Of a stretch of 64,000 bases of DNA, positions 43,763 to 53,402 are shown in pieces. Under the pieces are notes generated by a model, which saw nothing but the letters and a program-made list of their open reading frames with translations, did no database searches and was not told the origin of the DNA. How positions within the stretch are numbered: position 1 is the stretch's first letter; the number at the start of each line of letters is the position of its first letter. The stretch is taken from contig JBBRUX010000008.1 of assembly GCA_038247415.1 (NCBI GenBank), positions 30,602 to 94,601 on the forward strand, given 5' to 3'. The DNA comes from Chitinivibrionales bacterium. GTDB taxonomy: Bacteria; Fibrobacterota; Chitinivibrionia; Chitinivibrionales; WJKA01. The translations under genes were made by a program, and so were the position numbers.

Positions 43763-44989
43763 CTATAAATAATTGACCAGGGATGGCTGAATAATGGTAG
43801 CTGCTGCTTTGAGGGCAGCTTGATATGCCGTTTGCGCAAGCGAAAATTTTCCTATGGTATCTGCATATTCTGCGTCTTCGAGATCCGATTGGAGGCGTGA
43901 TGTTTCTGTGTACTGGGATTCATTGCGATCGAGCGTTGTTTCGAATCGGTTGATGCGGGCTCCGTTTTTGCTTTGCGCCGAAAGAAGCACCTTAAAGGAA
44001 GAATCTATTGTGCCAATGGATGATTCGATGCCTGCCCGATTATTATGGAGTAAATCTGAACCAAGGCCAATTGCTACATCGAGCAAGTGCTGTCCATTGG
44101 TTGAATCTCGCATGAGCTCGTCGGCAGTTATATTGATGGGCGTTATGATAGTATCTTCGATTTCCCGAAAGACATCTCCTGAAGCAACAACCTTGTCGCC
44201 ATAAATATCTCGGCCTTGTGAGATGTAATCGAACGAAACCTGAAAACCAGCAAGCGTATAGCGCCCTAAGGGCCCTGCAGCAAAGGTGCCACCCTCCGAT
44301 ACGTCAACTGCTAAAGCTGCATTGATGGGCGTTATGGTACCGGAAACATAATTGACGGTGTAATCGCGGCCTTCTACATAGGCAGTATTGCCAATTTTAA
44401 GCTGGAATGATCCCGGAATGATACGGGTGATTGGATCCAGAGTATCTGCTTGTCGCAGTTGCGCTGCCACACCAACACCGCCGGAGCCATCAAAAAATGC
44501 CATTTCTTTTGAGGAATAGTTGAGTGCATTACCGCTTTGTGAAGTTACAAGAGGCAAGGGAGGAATTTTAGTTTGTGTGCCACCAAAAATGTAGTCGCCT
44601 TTGTAGGTAGAATTACCAAGAGACACAAATTGTCGTAAGAGCTGTTCCTGCTCCTTTTGAATGTAAAGGCGCTCGTTTGACGAAAGAACATCATTAGAAC
44701 CCTGGATAGCAAGCTCTCGCATGCGCTGCATGAGCGTATTCATAGAAAGCATTGCGGTATCGGAAACTGTCATAAAACTCATACCATCATTGATGTTCGA
44801 TTTGAATTGGCTTATCTGCTGCTGTTTAGAAATCAATTTTAAATCATTGGCAACATCAACGGGGCTATCCGATGGTTTCATAAGACGTTTACCGGTAGAG
44901 AGCATCTCTTCCAGATGACCCAGATCGGAATATCGCCGGTTGAGCGTTGTTTGTGTTTGTCGATTAAGTTCTCTAAAGGTAACGCGCAT
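43763..44989 (-). CDS. flgL: Flagellar hook-associated protein 3
   Basis: Has a flagellin-like N-terminus (MRVTFRELNRQTQTTLNRRYSDL...SDSPVDVAN...MQRMRELAIQGSND) and C-terminus (...QTAYQAALKAAATIIQPSLVNYL). It follows flgK. Confidence 0.9.
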   Translation of the reverse strand: MRVTFRELNRQTQTTLNRRYSDLGHLEEMLSTGKRLMKPSDSPVDVANDLKLISKQQQISQFKSNINDGMSFMTVSDTAMLSMNTLMQRMRELAIQGSNDVLSSNERLYIQKEQEQLLRQFVSLGNSTYKGDYIFGGTQTKIPPLPLVTSQSGNALNYSSKEMAFFDGSGGVGVAAQLRQADTLDPITRIIPGSFQLKIGNTAYVEGRDYTVNYVSGTITPINAALAVDVSEGGTFAAGPLGRYTLAGFQVSFDYISQGRDIYGDKVVASGDVFREIEDTIITPINITADELMRDSTNGQHLLDVAIGLGSDLLHNNRAGIESSIGTIDSSFKVLLSAQSKNGARINRFETTLDRNESQYTETSRLQSDLEDAEYADTIGKFSLAQTAYQAALKAAATIIQPSLVNYL

Positions 44990-45001
44990 AGGAAGTCCTT
45001 T

Positions 45002-46711
45002 TTATGAAGCCATGTTCAAGAGGTAGTCAAGCATCTGGCTGGCTGTACTTATAACACGCGCAGCAGCTTGATACGAATGCTGAAACTTGATAATGTCAGC
45101 CATTTCTTCATCGATGGAAACGCCTGAGATGGAATCCTGATGCTTTTCGTATTGATTGACAAGAAAGGTTCGAGTTTCAAGATTGGAGGTTGCTTCTTGA
45201 CGTGCAAGACCGAGATGGCCAATAAATGCGCTATAGTATTGTACATAGGTGTTTGTGGGGTTGCCAAGTGCATCGGGTTGCATGGTGAGCCCCTGGCGAA
45301 GTTGTGCTATGGCAACGGCATTAGTATTATCTCCGGGACCCTTGAATCCGCCCGAGCGATATTGAAAATCGACATTCATCTGCCATCCATCGTATCCGGC
45401 ATGGAGCATTTGCACAGTTCCATGTGCATAATCGATGCGATAGTCAACGTTTTCTACGAGGGTTGCAGTTAAGCCTGTGAGGGGCTGGGTTCCTACCATG
45501 CGCACCGAGTTTTTAATAACATTGCGCGCTACATCGGCACCTGCTGCTGGCAAAACATTTGTTTTTGACAAGAACGTAGGCGCTACACCAAAGTTGAGCG
45601 CACCCGCACCAAAAACATTGGCAGGTGCAGCATAAGCTTGATTGCCTGTGGCAGCCGAAATGTTTTGTACATCTGAGCTGATCGATTCCGAAAGCGCTAT
45701 ATCGGATGCCCCTGTGGCATTGGGGTTAAAAAAATCTAGTCCTGTGTATCCCATTAAATTATAGCCGCGTTGGTGAAGATTATTGACAGAAGTCATAAGA
45801 GCTTTTGCAATGGTGTTAAGTTTTTCTTCGTATTCGGGAATAATGGTATCTCTACAGCCAAAAAGACCGTTGATGGCGCCACTTGTTGGGTTATAATTTT
45901 TTTGTGAGTCTTTAAAGCGTAAACCGATATTGCTTGCCTGAGTTCCATCGGGCATGGTGAATGTCGTGGTGGTGATTTCTATATCGCGTGAACCAACCGG
46001 AGAAACCAGAAGGTTTCCATTGCTTGTTACACTAATTTGCCCTTGTGAATTTTCTTGAGTATCGATATCAACAAGTGAGGAGAGTTCTTTTAAAAGGCCA
46101 TCCCGTTTGTCACGACTATCGTTTGCCTTTTGATTATTAATTTCTACCGAACCTATTTCAATGTTGAGGTTGAATATTTCCTTGGTGAGTTCGTTGACGC
46201 TATCGGCATTTGCACGCAATTTTTCGTTTGTTGCAGCTTTGAGATTGCTGAGTTCTCCACTGAGATTATGAAACACATCTACCATGATATCGGCACTGGT
46301 TTTTACCATGGTGCGCGCCGAAATATCGGCAGGATTATTTGCAAGGTTTTGCCACGAATCGAAAAACTTATCGACAAATGAAGCGAGCCCTGTGGACCCA
46401 GGCTCGTTAAAAATATTCTCTATTTGTTGCAGGGTGTAGTCGTACTCTTGATAGCTGCCCACCTGCTGGTTTTGTCGTTGAATTTGTTGGTCGATCATTT
46501 TATCGCGCATGCGGTCGATATTAATTACGTCAACGCCAAATCCCATTTGTCCATATTGACCGTCGGCACGATAATCGGCAGTCATATTCAGCCGTTTACG
46601 GGAATATCCTGCAACATCGGCGTTTGATACGTTTTGTCCTGCGACATCCATACCAAGCTGCGCAGCAAATAAACCGCGGGTACCAATGCTTAAGGTAGAA
46701 AAAAGTCCCAT
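45002..46711 (-). CDS. flgK: Flagellar hook-associated protein 1
   Basis: The N-terminus is MGLFSTLSIGTRGLFAAQLGMDVAGQNVSNADVAGYSRKR. The C-terminal FlgK block is SGVSIDEEMADIIKFQHSYQAAARVIS. Confidence 0.95.
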   Translation of the reverse strand: MGLFSTLSIGTRGLFAAQLGMDVAGQNVSNADVAGYSRKRLNMTADYRADGQYGQMGFGVDVINIDRMRDKMIDQQIQRQNQQVGSYQEYDYTLQQIENIFNEPGSTGLASFVDKFFDSWQNLANNPADISARTMVKTSADIMVDVFHNLSGELSNLKAATNEKLRANADSVNELTKEIFNLNIEIGSVEINNQKANDSRDKRDGLLKELSSLVDIDTQENSQGQISVTSNGNLLVSPVGSRDIEITTTTFTMPDGTQASNIGLRFKDSQKNYNPTSGAINGLFGCRDTIIPEYEEKLNTIAKALMTSVNNLHQRGYNLMGYTGLDFFNPNATGASDIALSESISSDVQNISAATGNQAYAAPANVFGAGALNFGVAPTFLSKTNVLPAAGADVARNVIKNSVRMVGTQPLTGLTATLVENVDYRIDYAHGTVQMLHAGYDGWQMNVDFQYRSGGFKGPGDNTNAVAIAQLRQGLTMQPDALGNPTNTYVQYYSAFIGHLGLARQEATSNLETRTFLVNQYEKHQDSISGVSIDEEMADIIKFQHSYQAAARVISTASQMLDYLLNMAS

Positions 46712-46721
46712 AATTTCCTCA

Positions 46722-47222
46722 TTAGGCTATTTGGTTAAAGAGTCGACGCCGGATTGTTTCTGGCTCTTTGTGCCCGGGGGCATTGTAGCCTATTGGAGCG
46801 CTTGTGTTACGCGTAAAGATTTCCATGGTCTGTCCAAAAACTGATAATGATTCTGCAAGAAGGACCTGATTTGAAGCGTTGATTTCTGAAAATCTCTTAA
46901 TGGTTGCTTTGAGCTTTTGTTGAATATCGGCAAAAAGTGTTTTTTGTTCGGTTCCTGCGCATTCGATAATGTTTGACAATGAGGAGTGTCGTGTCTGGAT
47001 AACGCCCGGGAGTGAAATTGTATCACAAAGCTCTAGCCGTTGTTCTTCGAGATCTTCTATCTGACATGCGAGTTCGTCGTAGGCGATTGTGGTTGTCCTA
47101 ACGCCCACAACATCCTGATTTCGTAAGCAGGTGTTCATGCGGATTGCGGTTTCGACAAGTTGCTGATGACACCGCAAAAGCGATGCTAAAAGCGCATGGA
47201 GTTCTGCAAGTTTCTCGTCCAT
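46722..47222 (-). CDS. flgN: FlgN-like flagellar export chaperone
   Basis: A 166-aa helical protein immediately upstream of flgK. Its N-terminal pattern L..LL..L...Q.L is FlgN-like. The assignment rests mainly on position. Confidence 0.6.
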   Translation of the reverse strand: MDEKLAELHALLASLLRCHQQLVETAIRMNTCLRNQDVVGVRTTTIAYDELACQIEDLEEQRLELCDTISLPGVIQTRHSSLSNIIECAGTEQKTLFADIQQKLKATIKRFSEINASNQVLLAESLSVFGQTMEIFTRNTSAPIGYNAPGHKEPETIRRRLFNQIA

Positions 47223-47233
47223 AAGAAATATCC

Positions 47234-48037
47234 TTAGTCTTTAAGTTTATTGGTATCGGTAAGATTAGCGTGCATCAAACGAATTTTCGCAACATACTCT
47301 TGGGTTTCTTTGTAAGGTGGTATGCCGTTATGCTTATCGACTGCACTGGGTCCTGCGTTATAGGCTGCAAGTGCCATATCAACATTGCCATCGTATTTGT
47401 CTAGCATTGCTTTAAGGTATCGTGTTCCGCCCCTAATATTATCAGCCGGATCAAACACTCTTCTTACACCCATATCGCGCGCAGTTGAATCCATAAGCTG
47501 CATTAACCCTTTGGCACCAACACGGGAGATTGCATAAGGATTTCCTGCAGATTCCGCAGATATTACCGATGTTATAAGATTGGGATCTACATTAAATTCC
47601 TCTGCAGCCTGGGAAATTTCGTGCATATAATTTTGAGCGTTCTTCTTGAGTTGGGCATGCGATGAGCTCGCTTGATAAGCATTGGCAGAAGTGTTGAGCG
47701 TTGCTGCTGTTTGTGCGTTTTTCAGGTTTTTAAGGGCTGCTAGCGCTGCTTGCGCATCTGCTCCGCCGTTACGAGAAATGTTTTCGAGAATCTGTTGCGC
47801 AAGGCCAAGGTTTGCAGTACGCGAGGTAAGCCCTGCATATTCGGTATCGAGCATGTCGGTATACATTTTTTCGGCAGTTGACGAAAGAGGGTTGTCACCA
47901 ATTGTTGCGCGCATCGATTTAAACATCATCGATACAAACAACGATTCAAATTGTTGTGCAACCTGTTTTGCTCGAGCAACAGATTTGGAGTTTTCCGGCG
48001 CCGTCGAAGTGGCGTATGATGGTGATGGAACTTTCAT
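47234..48037 (-). CDS. flgJ: FlgJ-type rod-binding domain fused to an SLT lytic transglycosylase domain
   Basis: The ATG at 48037 has RBS gaaagga upstream; the track start at 48067 is TTG. The rod-binding motif is QQFESLFVSMMFKSMR. The C-terminal SLT motif is ISAESAGNPYAISRVGAKGLMQLM...AYNAG. Confidence 0.8.
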   Translation of the reverse strand: MKVPSPSYATSTAPENSKSVARAKQVAQQFESLFVSMMFKSMRATIGDNPLSSTAEKMYTDMLDTEYAGLTSRTANLGLAQQILENISRNGGADAQAALAALKNLKNAQTAATLNTSANAYQASSSHAQLKKNAQNYMHEISQAAEEFNVDPNLITSVISAESAGNPYAISRVGAKGLMQLMDSTARDMGVRRVFDPADNIRGGTRYLKAMLDKYDGNVDMALAAYNAGPSAVDKHNGIPPYKETQEYVAKIRLMHANLTDTNKLKD

Positions 48038-48062
48038 GGTGAATCCTTTCACAGTGGTGATT

Positions 48063-48078
48063 AGCAATTGGTATGCCG
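48063..48078 (-). promoter_or_regulatory. Sigma54-like promoter candidate for the flgJ-flgN-flgK-flgL unit
   Basis: The minus strand reads CGGCAT-ACCAA-TTGCT, with the GG and GC dinucleotides correctly spaced. It lies about 25 nt upstream of the ATG at 48037 and is a weaker match than the flagellin promoter. Confidence 0.3.
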
Positions 48079-48293
48079 AAGTATTTCTTGTGTAAAATCA
48101 ATAGGTTAAAAGGTTTCTAACACAGAGCATGGGGAACAATTCGTAATGAACCCGGCTAAAAATTCCCTAGGTGCCTCGTGGGTGTTCAGTTCGATTTCTC
48201 CGATTTGACTAATCCGTGGGTGGTTGATCGCATTATATATTTAGATGCATGCCACTTGGATTTTGAATATCACAAACGAGAGTAGGAAAACGC

Positions 48294-49757
48294 ATGGGGT
48301 TACGACAATCGCTTAAGAAGCCTTCGGTGTGGGTTTTCACAACGTACTTTGCAGAAGGCTTTCCCTACATGGTTGTGAGGGTTATGACAAGTGTGTTTTT
48401 TACTGATATCGGCATGTCGGAACGGTTTTTGGGCTATTTGAATTATTTGGGATTTCCTTGGAATCTTAAATTTTTATGGGCCCCCTTTGTTGATATTTTT
48501 GGATCTCGCCGTGGCTGGATGAAAGTTGTGCAGTCGATTCTTACGCTGCTCATGGCTTCTGTTGCACTATGGTGCTTTTGGAATGCTCATCATCCGGGTG
48601 CGTTGCCGATATGGCTGATTATTGCGATTTTTGGCGCGATGGCATTTGTAGCAGCTACTAATGATATTGCAATTGATGGCTATTATATGGAAGGGATCAC
48701 CGATCCAAAAACCCAGGCTGCTCTTACTGGGTATAGGGTTATGGCGTATCGGTTGTCGATGGTTGCGGCAAAATTTGGTGTTATCTTGGCTGTAGGAGCA
48801 CTCACTAAAAGTGTTGCCGGAGGAAATTCTTATTTAGCATGGAGCTATGGATTTGGGGCATCTGCTGTTACTATGGCAATTCTCTCTGCATACCACCTGA
48901 TTGCGCTGCCTCGTATGTCTAAAGCAGATCCTTTAGGCGCACCTCGTAAAAAGGTGTGGCACGAATTTCTTATTTCATTTGCCTCATTTCTCGAGATCAC
49001 TCCCTCGCGTGCTACTATTGCGCTTATTACTTCCTTGTCTGGAGGGATTGCTCTTTCAGGAATATTGACACTATGCGGTTTGCCAGTCCCCCAGATTGCG
49101 TCGTATAGCGTTCTTTCGTTTTTGCTTATTCTATTGTTGCAGGCTCGCGGCCCCATTATTCTTGCTCTCTTATTTATAATTTTTTACAAAATTGGAGATG
49201 AAGTAATATTTTCGATGGGAACGCCCTTTCTTAAGCGCTATTTACTGGTTACCAATGTGCAGCTTGCCTGGATGACTGGTTTAGTGGGGCTTTTGGGTGC
49301 AATTGCAGGGACAACGCTTGGGGGGCTTTGGATTAAAGCCACGGGGCTTAAAAAAGCAATCTGGCCTCTTACGCTTATCATGAATGTCAATATTCTGGCA
49401 TACGTATGGCTGGCTTACCATAAGCCTCTGGCCACCTCAATGTCGGGCTTGCTTATAATTGGCGCGGTGTATTGCTACGAACAGATTGCAGCCGGGCTTG
49501 GCAATGCCGTCATTATTGTCTTTATTTTGCGCACCTGTAAACCAGATTTTAAAGCAGGGCACTATGCAATAGGATCTGCATTTATGTCGGTCTTCTCCAC
49601 CGTATTTGGCGGGATGGGTGGCGTTATAGTAGAAAATATCGGCTATCGTGGGCTTTTCCTAACAGGCTTTTTGGTATCGATTCCTTCTATGGCGCTTATC
49701 TTTTTTGTTAAGATGCAGGATGAAGATGAAATTGCTGCAGTTGTGAAAAAAGAATAA
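48294..49757 (+). CDS. MFS transporter, AmpG-like (muropeptide/acetyl-CoA transporter family)
   Basis: Has about 12-14 TM helices. The N-terminal FAEGFPYMVVRVMTSVFF and LKFLWAPFVD blocks resemble AmpG. Confidence 0.7.
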   Translation: MGLRQSLKKPSVWVFTTYFAEGFPYMVVRVMTSVFFTDIGMSERFLGYLNYLGFPWNLKFLWAPFVDIFGSRRGWMKVVQSILTLLMASVALWCFWNAHHPGALPIWLIIAIFGAMAFVAATNDIAIDGYYMEGITDPKTQAALTGYRVMAYRLSMVAAKFGVILAVGALTKSVAGGNSYLAWSYGFGASAVTMAILSAYHLIALPRMSKADPLGAPRKKVWHEFLISFASFLEITPSRATIALITSLSGGIALSGILTLCGLPVPQIASYSVLSFLLILLLQARGPIILALLFIIFYKIGDEVIFSMGTPFLKRYLLVTNVQLAWMTGLVGLLGAIAGTTLGGLWIKATGLKKAIWPLTLIMNVNILAYVWLAYHKPLATSMSGLLIIGAVYCYEQIAAGLGNAVIIVFILRTCKPDFKAGHYAIGSAFMSVFSTVFGGMGGVIVENIGYRGLFLTGFLVSIPSMALIFFVKMQDEDEIAAVVKKE

Positions 49758-49983
49758 TTTATTCCCGAGTTGGTTTTAGGTGGCACATGTCCCTAATGTT
49801 AAGGCTTGCAAAAACACTACGTTTTTTTTGCTTCTGTTTAAATATGTTTTTTAAACACGAGGCACCTTTTAAAGAGAGCCTATTTTCGCTATTCTTGATC
49901 TACATCAATAAATCTACCGCGTTTTCTGTCTATATTTCTTAACAACAGACCATACTTTTCTTTGTGTTGAAGGAGGATATACT

Positions 49984-50751
49984 ATGATAGAGCATTTGAA
50001 TAGTTCAATAAAAGATATTATCGAACGATTCCCAGCACTCCAGAACGTTCTTGCCAGCTTTAATATTGGTTGCACTACCTGCGCTGTTGGCACCTGCAAA
50101 GTAGTGGATATTGTTGAAATTCATAACCTTTCTGAATTGGATCAGGAGAAACTTTTTAGGGCGATGGCAGAAATTATTGAGCCAGGAAAGCCGCTGGTAA
50201 TGCCGCCCATTAAGCCTCCCCAGCCACAATCATTGGGGCGTGCTATGCTTTCTCCGCCAATTCGGACTCTCATGAAAGAACATGAACATATTTTACGCGT
50301 AATTGCAGCGATACCCTCATTAATTGACATGCATGGAATAAATCCAACCAAGGGAGAATCTGCTATTAGGCACGCTATTGATTTTATCAGAACCTATGCC
50401 GACAAATTGCATCATGCCAAAGAGGAAGACATCCTCTTTGGGTACTTTGACCAATCATCTGATATCATTCAATCGATGTATGCAGATCATGTTCAAGGGC
50501 GCTTATATATTGCTTCGCTGTGCACTGCGCTGGATACCGTAGATCGTAGTGGAGTAGAAAAAAATCTCACGGCGTATGCAGCATTATTGACAGAGCATAT
50601 CCGTAAAGAGGATGAAGTTTTGTATCCATGGATGGATCGAAAATTGACAGACTCTCAAATAGGGCAATTGTATTCTAGGTTTGCAGAAGCAGATACTGCA
50701 GCTGGCGCAGCACTCGTAAAATATGTTGCATTTTCTCAATCATTTTTGTAA
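49984..50751 (+). CDS. DUF1858-like redox-disulfide domain + hemerythrin-like metal-binding domain protein
   Basis: The N-terminus has FNIGCTTCAVGTC. The C-terminal part has hemerythrin-type His/Glu motifs (MKEHEHIL, HHAKEEDILF, HIRKEDEVLYP). RBS ggagg is present. Confidence 0.65.
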   Translation: MIEHLNSSIKDIIERFPALQNVLASFNIGCTTCAVGTCKVVDIVEIHNLSELDQEKLFRAMAEIIEPGKPLVMPPIKPPQPQSLGRAMLSPPIRTLMKEHEHILRVIAAIPSLIDMHGINPTKGESAIRHAIDFIRTYADKLHHAKEEDILFGYFDQSSDIIQSMYADHVQGRLYIASLCTALDTVDRSGVEKNLTAYAALLTEHIRKEDEVLYPWMDRKLTDSQIGQLYSRFAEADTAAGAALVKYVAFSQSFL

Positions 50752-50784
50752 ACTATTTATTCATTATAACAAGGAGAATGTACA

Positions 50785-51579
50785 ATGTACGCAGAAACGA
50801 TAGGCCTGTTTGCCAAAAGTGCACGCGATAAGGCTGTGTTTGCTAAAAAATCACCGGTTCACTATCTCTTTGCGGCCCTCTTGGCTGGAATGTTTGTTGG
50901 TGTTGGTATTGTTCTTATTTTTTCGATTGGTGCACCCTTTGCCGATATTTCTTCTCCTGCTGTTAAGATATTAATGGGCGTATCCTTTGGCATAGCTCTT
51001 ACGCTTGTAATTATTGCGGGGAGCGAACTGTTTACCGGACTTGCGATGTCGATGATTATTGGGATCTTAAAAAAGACCGTAACGCTCTGGGATCTTGTTG
51101 TTGTGTGGGTGGTGAGCTATATTGGTAACTTATTAGGATCGTTGCTCCTTTCATATTTGGTATTTAAAGCAGGGCTAACGCATAATCCGATTTTTTTAAA
51201 ATTCATAACACAAGTTGCATCAGCCAAGATGCATGCTCCGCTTGGAGATTTGTTTTTTAAGGGCATTTTGTGCAATATGTTAGTCTGTTTAGCGGTATGG
51301 ATGAGCATGCGTCTTAAAAGTGAAGCTGCTAAAATGATTGCAATTTTCTGGTGTCTCTTTGCATTTATTGCCTGTGGTTTTGAGCATAGCATTGCCAATA
51401 TGACACTTTTGTCGGTTCCGCTTTTTGCGGCCCACGACCCCACAATTATTTCGTGGGTTGGCTTTGCGCGGAACTTATGGGTTGTTACTGCAGGAAATAT
51501 TGTTGGCGGTGGAATTTTGATCGGCGCGGTGTATACCTTTATTTCATCACGAAGTATTCCGGTTTCTCAAGCACAATAA
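50785..51579 (+). CDS. Formate/nitrite transporter family channel (candidate hydrosulfide/nitrite channel)
   Basis: Carries the FNT signatures AGSELFTG, CNMLVCLAVW and GFEHSIANM. RBS aaggaga is present. It lies directly upstream of asrABC. Confidence 0.9.
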   Translation: MYAETIGLFAKSARDKAVFAKKSPVHYLFAALLAGMFVGVGIVLIFSIGAPFADISSPAVKILMGVSFGIALTLVIIAGSELFTGLAMSMIIGILKKTVTLWDLVVVWVVSYIGNLLGSLLLSYLVFKAGLTHNPIFLKFITQVASAKMHAPLGDLFFKGILCNMLVCLAVWMSMRLKSEAAKMIAIFWCLFAFIACGFEHSIANMTLLSVPLFAAHDPTIISWVGFARNLWVVTAGNIVGGGILIGAVYTFISSRSIPVSQAQ

Positions 51580-51592
51580 TGAGGTGACTTTT

Positions 51593-52600
51593 ATGGGCGT
51601 GCAGTTTACGAATAAGCAATTTGATAATCTCCTTACTAATCTCGCGAAATCGTTTAGGGTATATGGCCCTAAACGGGTTGCTAAAAAAGCAGAATGTTCC
51701 GACGCCGATTATATTGGATACGGAAGCATTCTTACTGCTGCAGACCTTATTACGGAGAGTAAATCATACTTTTCACCAAAAGAATTCGTTTTCCCTCCCC
51801 GAGAAACACTCTTTGAATTTGAGGGGGGAGCCGAGTCGGTTCCACTCTGCGATGAGACCCCGATAATCGTATTTGTCCGTGCCTGCGATATTCATGGCAT
51901 CGATCGGCTCGATCGACTTTTTTTAGGAAATGGCACTACACCCGATTTTTATTACCAACGGCGCCGCAAGCTCCTTCATTTTTTTCTTATCGAGTGCACT
52001 TCGAGTTTTGATTCGTGTTTTTGTGGATCCATGGGAACTAATAGTGCAGATGAGTTTGCGGTTGCCTTGCAGTTTACTGGGGATAATATAGTTCTAACAG
52101 TCAAGGATCCAACGTTTGTGGCGTATGTGGACGGTGCTGGGGTCGAGAGTACCTATGTACCTATTGTTACAACGAGCGATCAGATATCTGTTACTATTCC
52201 CGCTCCCGAAAATTTGACCCTGGAGATTTTTGATCACGACCTTTGGCAAGAATATACCCGTAGGTGTATTGCCTGCGGTCGCTGCAATACTTCGTGTCCG
52301 ACCTGTAGCTGCTTTACTATGCAAGATGTTCCGGCGGAGGGTTCAATCAGGGCCAAACGTCGTCGTAGGTGGGCAGGTTGTCATGTTGGGGGTTTTCCCG
52401 ATATGGCGGGCGGGCATAGTTTTCGCAAGAAAAATGGTGAGCGTATGCGCTATAAAACATTGCATAAAATTTCCGATTTTAAACAACGATTTGGTGTACA
52501 TCAATGCGTTGGCTGCGGACGGTGTACCGATGTATGTCCCGAACTAATATCGTTTTCTCATTGTATCAATAAACTATCATCGATTGCAAAGATGCCATGA
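51593..52600 (+). CDS. asrA: Anaerobic sulfite reductase subunit A
   Basis: The ATG at 51593 has GAGG 8 nt upstream; the track GTG is at 51584. Ferredoxin-type clusters CIACGRCNTSCPTCSC and CVGCGRCTDVCPE are present. It is first in the asrABC order. Confidence 0.85.
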   Translation: MGVQFTNKQFDNLLTNLAKSFRVYGPKRVAKKAECSDADYIGYGSILTAADLITESKSYFSPKEFVFPPRETLFEFEGGAESVPLCDETPIIVFVRACDIHGIDRLDRLFLGNGTTPDFYYQRRRKLLHFFLIECTSSFDSCFCGSMGTNSADEFAVALQFTGDNIVLTVKDPTFVAYVDGAGVESTYVPIVTTSDQISVTIPAPENLTLEIFDHDLWQEYTRRCIACGRCNTSCPTCSCFTMQDVPAEGSIRAKRRRRWAGCHVGGFPDMAGGHSFRKKNGERMRYKTLHKISDFKQRFGVHQCVGCGRCTDVCPELISFSHCINKLSSIAKMP

Positions 52601-53391
52601 CCACAAATCAATATCAATCCAGAGAAGGTCGAATTGTTTCGATCGTACAAGAAACTGCGCTCGATTGGACCTTTGGGGTTGCTCTGGAACTCACGGCTGT
52701 GGGCGGGCAATTTGTTATGGTTTCGTTACCCGGAGTTGGTGAGGCGCCCATATCAATTAGTCAAGCAAATAAGGGATTCTTGTATCTCACCATTCGCAAT
52801 GTGGGGCGTGTAACTTCAAAAATATTTGAGCTTGCTATTGGGGATCTTCTTTTTATTCGGGGCCCATATGGCAATGGATTTGTTGTAGATCGGTTTGCTA
52901 ATGCTAATCTTATTGTTGTTGCAGGTGGAACAGGGCTTGCTCCGGTGCGGGGATTTATTAATGCATGTATACAATCCAAAAAAAACAACACCGAACTTCG
53001 CGTAATTGCTGGGTTTAAAAGTCCGGCAGATATTCTTTTTAAAGAAGATCTGGCTGTGTGGCAAACATCTGCACAAACCACTATTACAGTTGATAAGCCT
53101 GTTGACGGTTGGCAAGGCGAAACGGGCCTTGTGACAGAACATATTAAAAAGATTCACCCAGAAATAATTAAAAGCTCTTTGGCCATAGTTGTAGGACCTC
53201 CATTAATGATGAAGTTTGCTACCCTTATGCTTGTGGAGCAAGGTATGTCGCCAGACGCTCTTACGGTATCGTTTGAACGGAACATGAGCTGTGGTATTGG
53301 TAAATGTGGTCATTGTAAAATTGATAGCACGTACGTCTGCCTCGATGGCCCAGTTTTTTCGTATGTAACTGCACGTCATCTTATCGATTGA
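52597..53391 (+). CDS. asrB: Anaerobic sulfite reductase subunit B (FAD/NAD-binding, [2Fe-2S])
   Basis: Has a ferredoxin-reductase-type fold (RGPYGNGF, VAGGTGLAPV). A C-terminal CGIGKCGHCKI...C cluster is present. It overlaps asrA by 4 nt. Confidence 0.9.
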   Translation: MTTNQYQSREGRIVSIVQETALDWTFGVALELTAVGGQFVMVSLPGVGEAPISISQANKGFLYLTIRNVGRVTSKIFELAIGDLLFIRGPYGNGFVVDRFANANLIVVAGGTGLAPVRGFINACIQSKKNNTELRVIAGFKSPADILFKEDLAVWQTSAQTTITVDKPVDGWQGETGLVTEHIKKIHPEIIKSSLAIVVGPPLMMKFATLMLVEQGMSPDALTVSFERNMSCGIGKCGHCKIDSTYVCLDGPVFSYVTARHLID

Positions 53392-53402
53392 GAGTATTAC
53401 CT

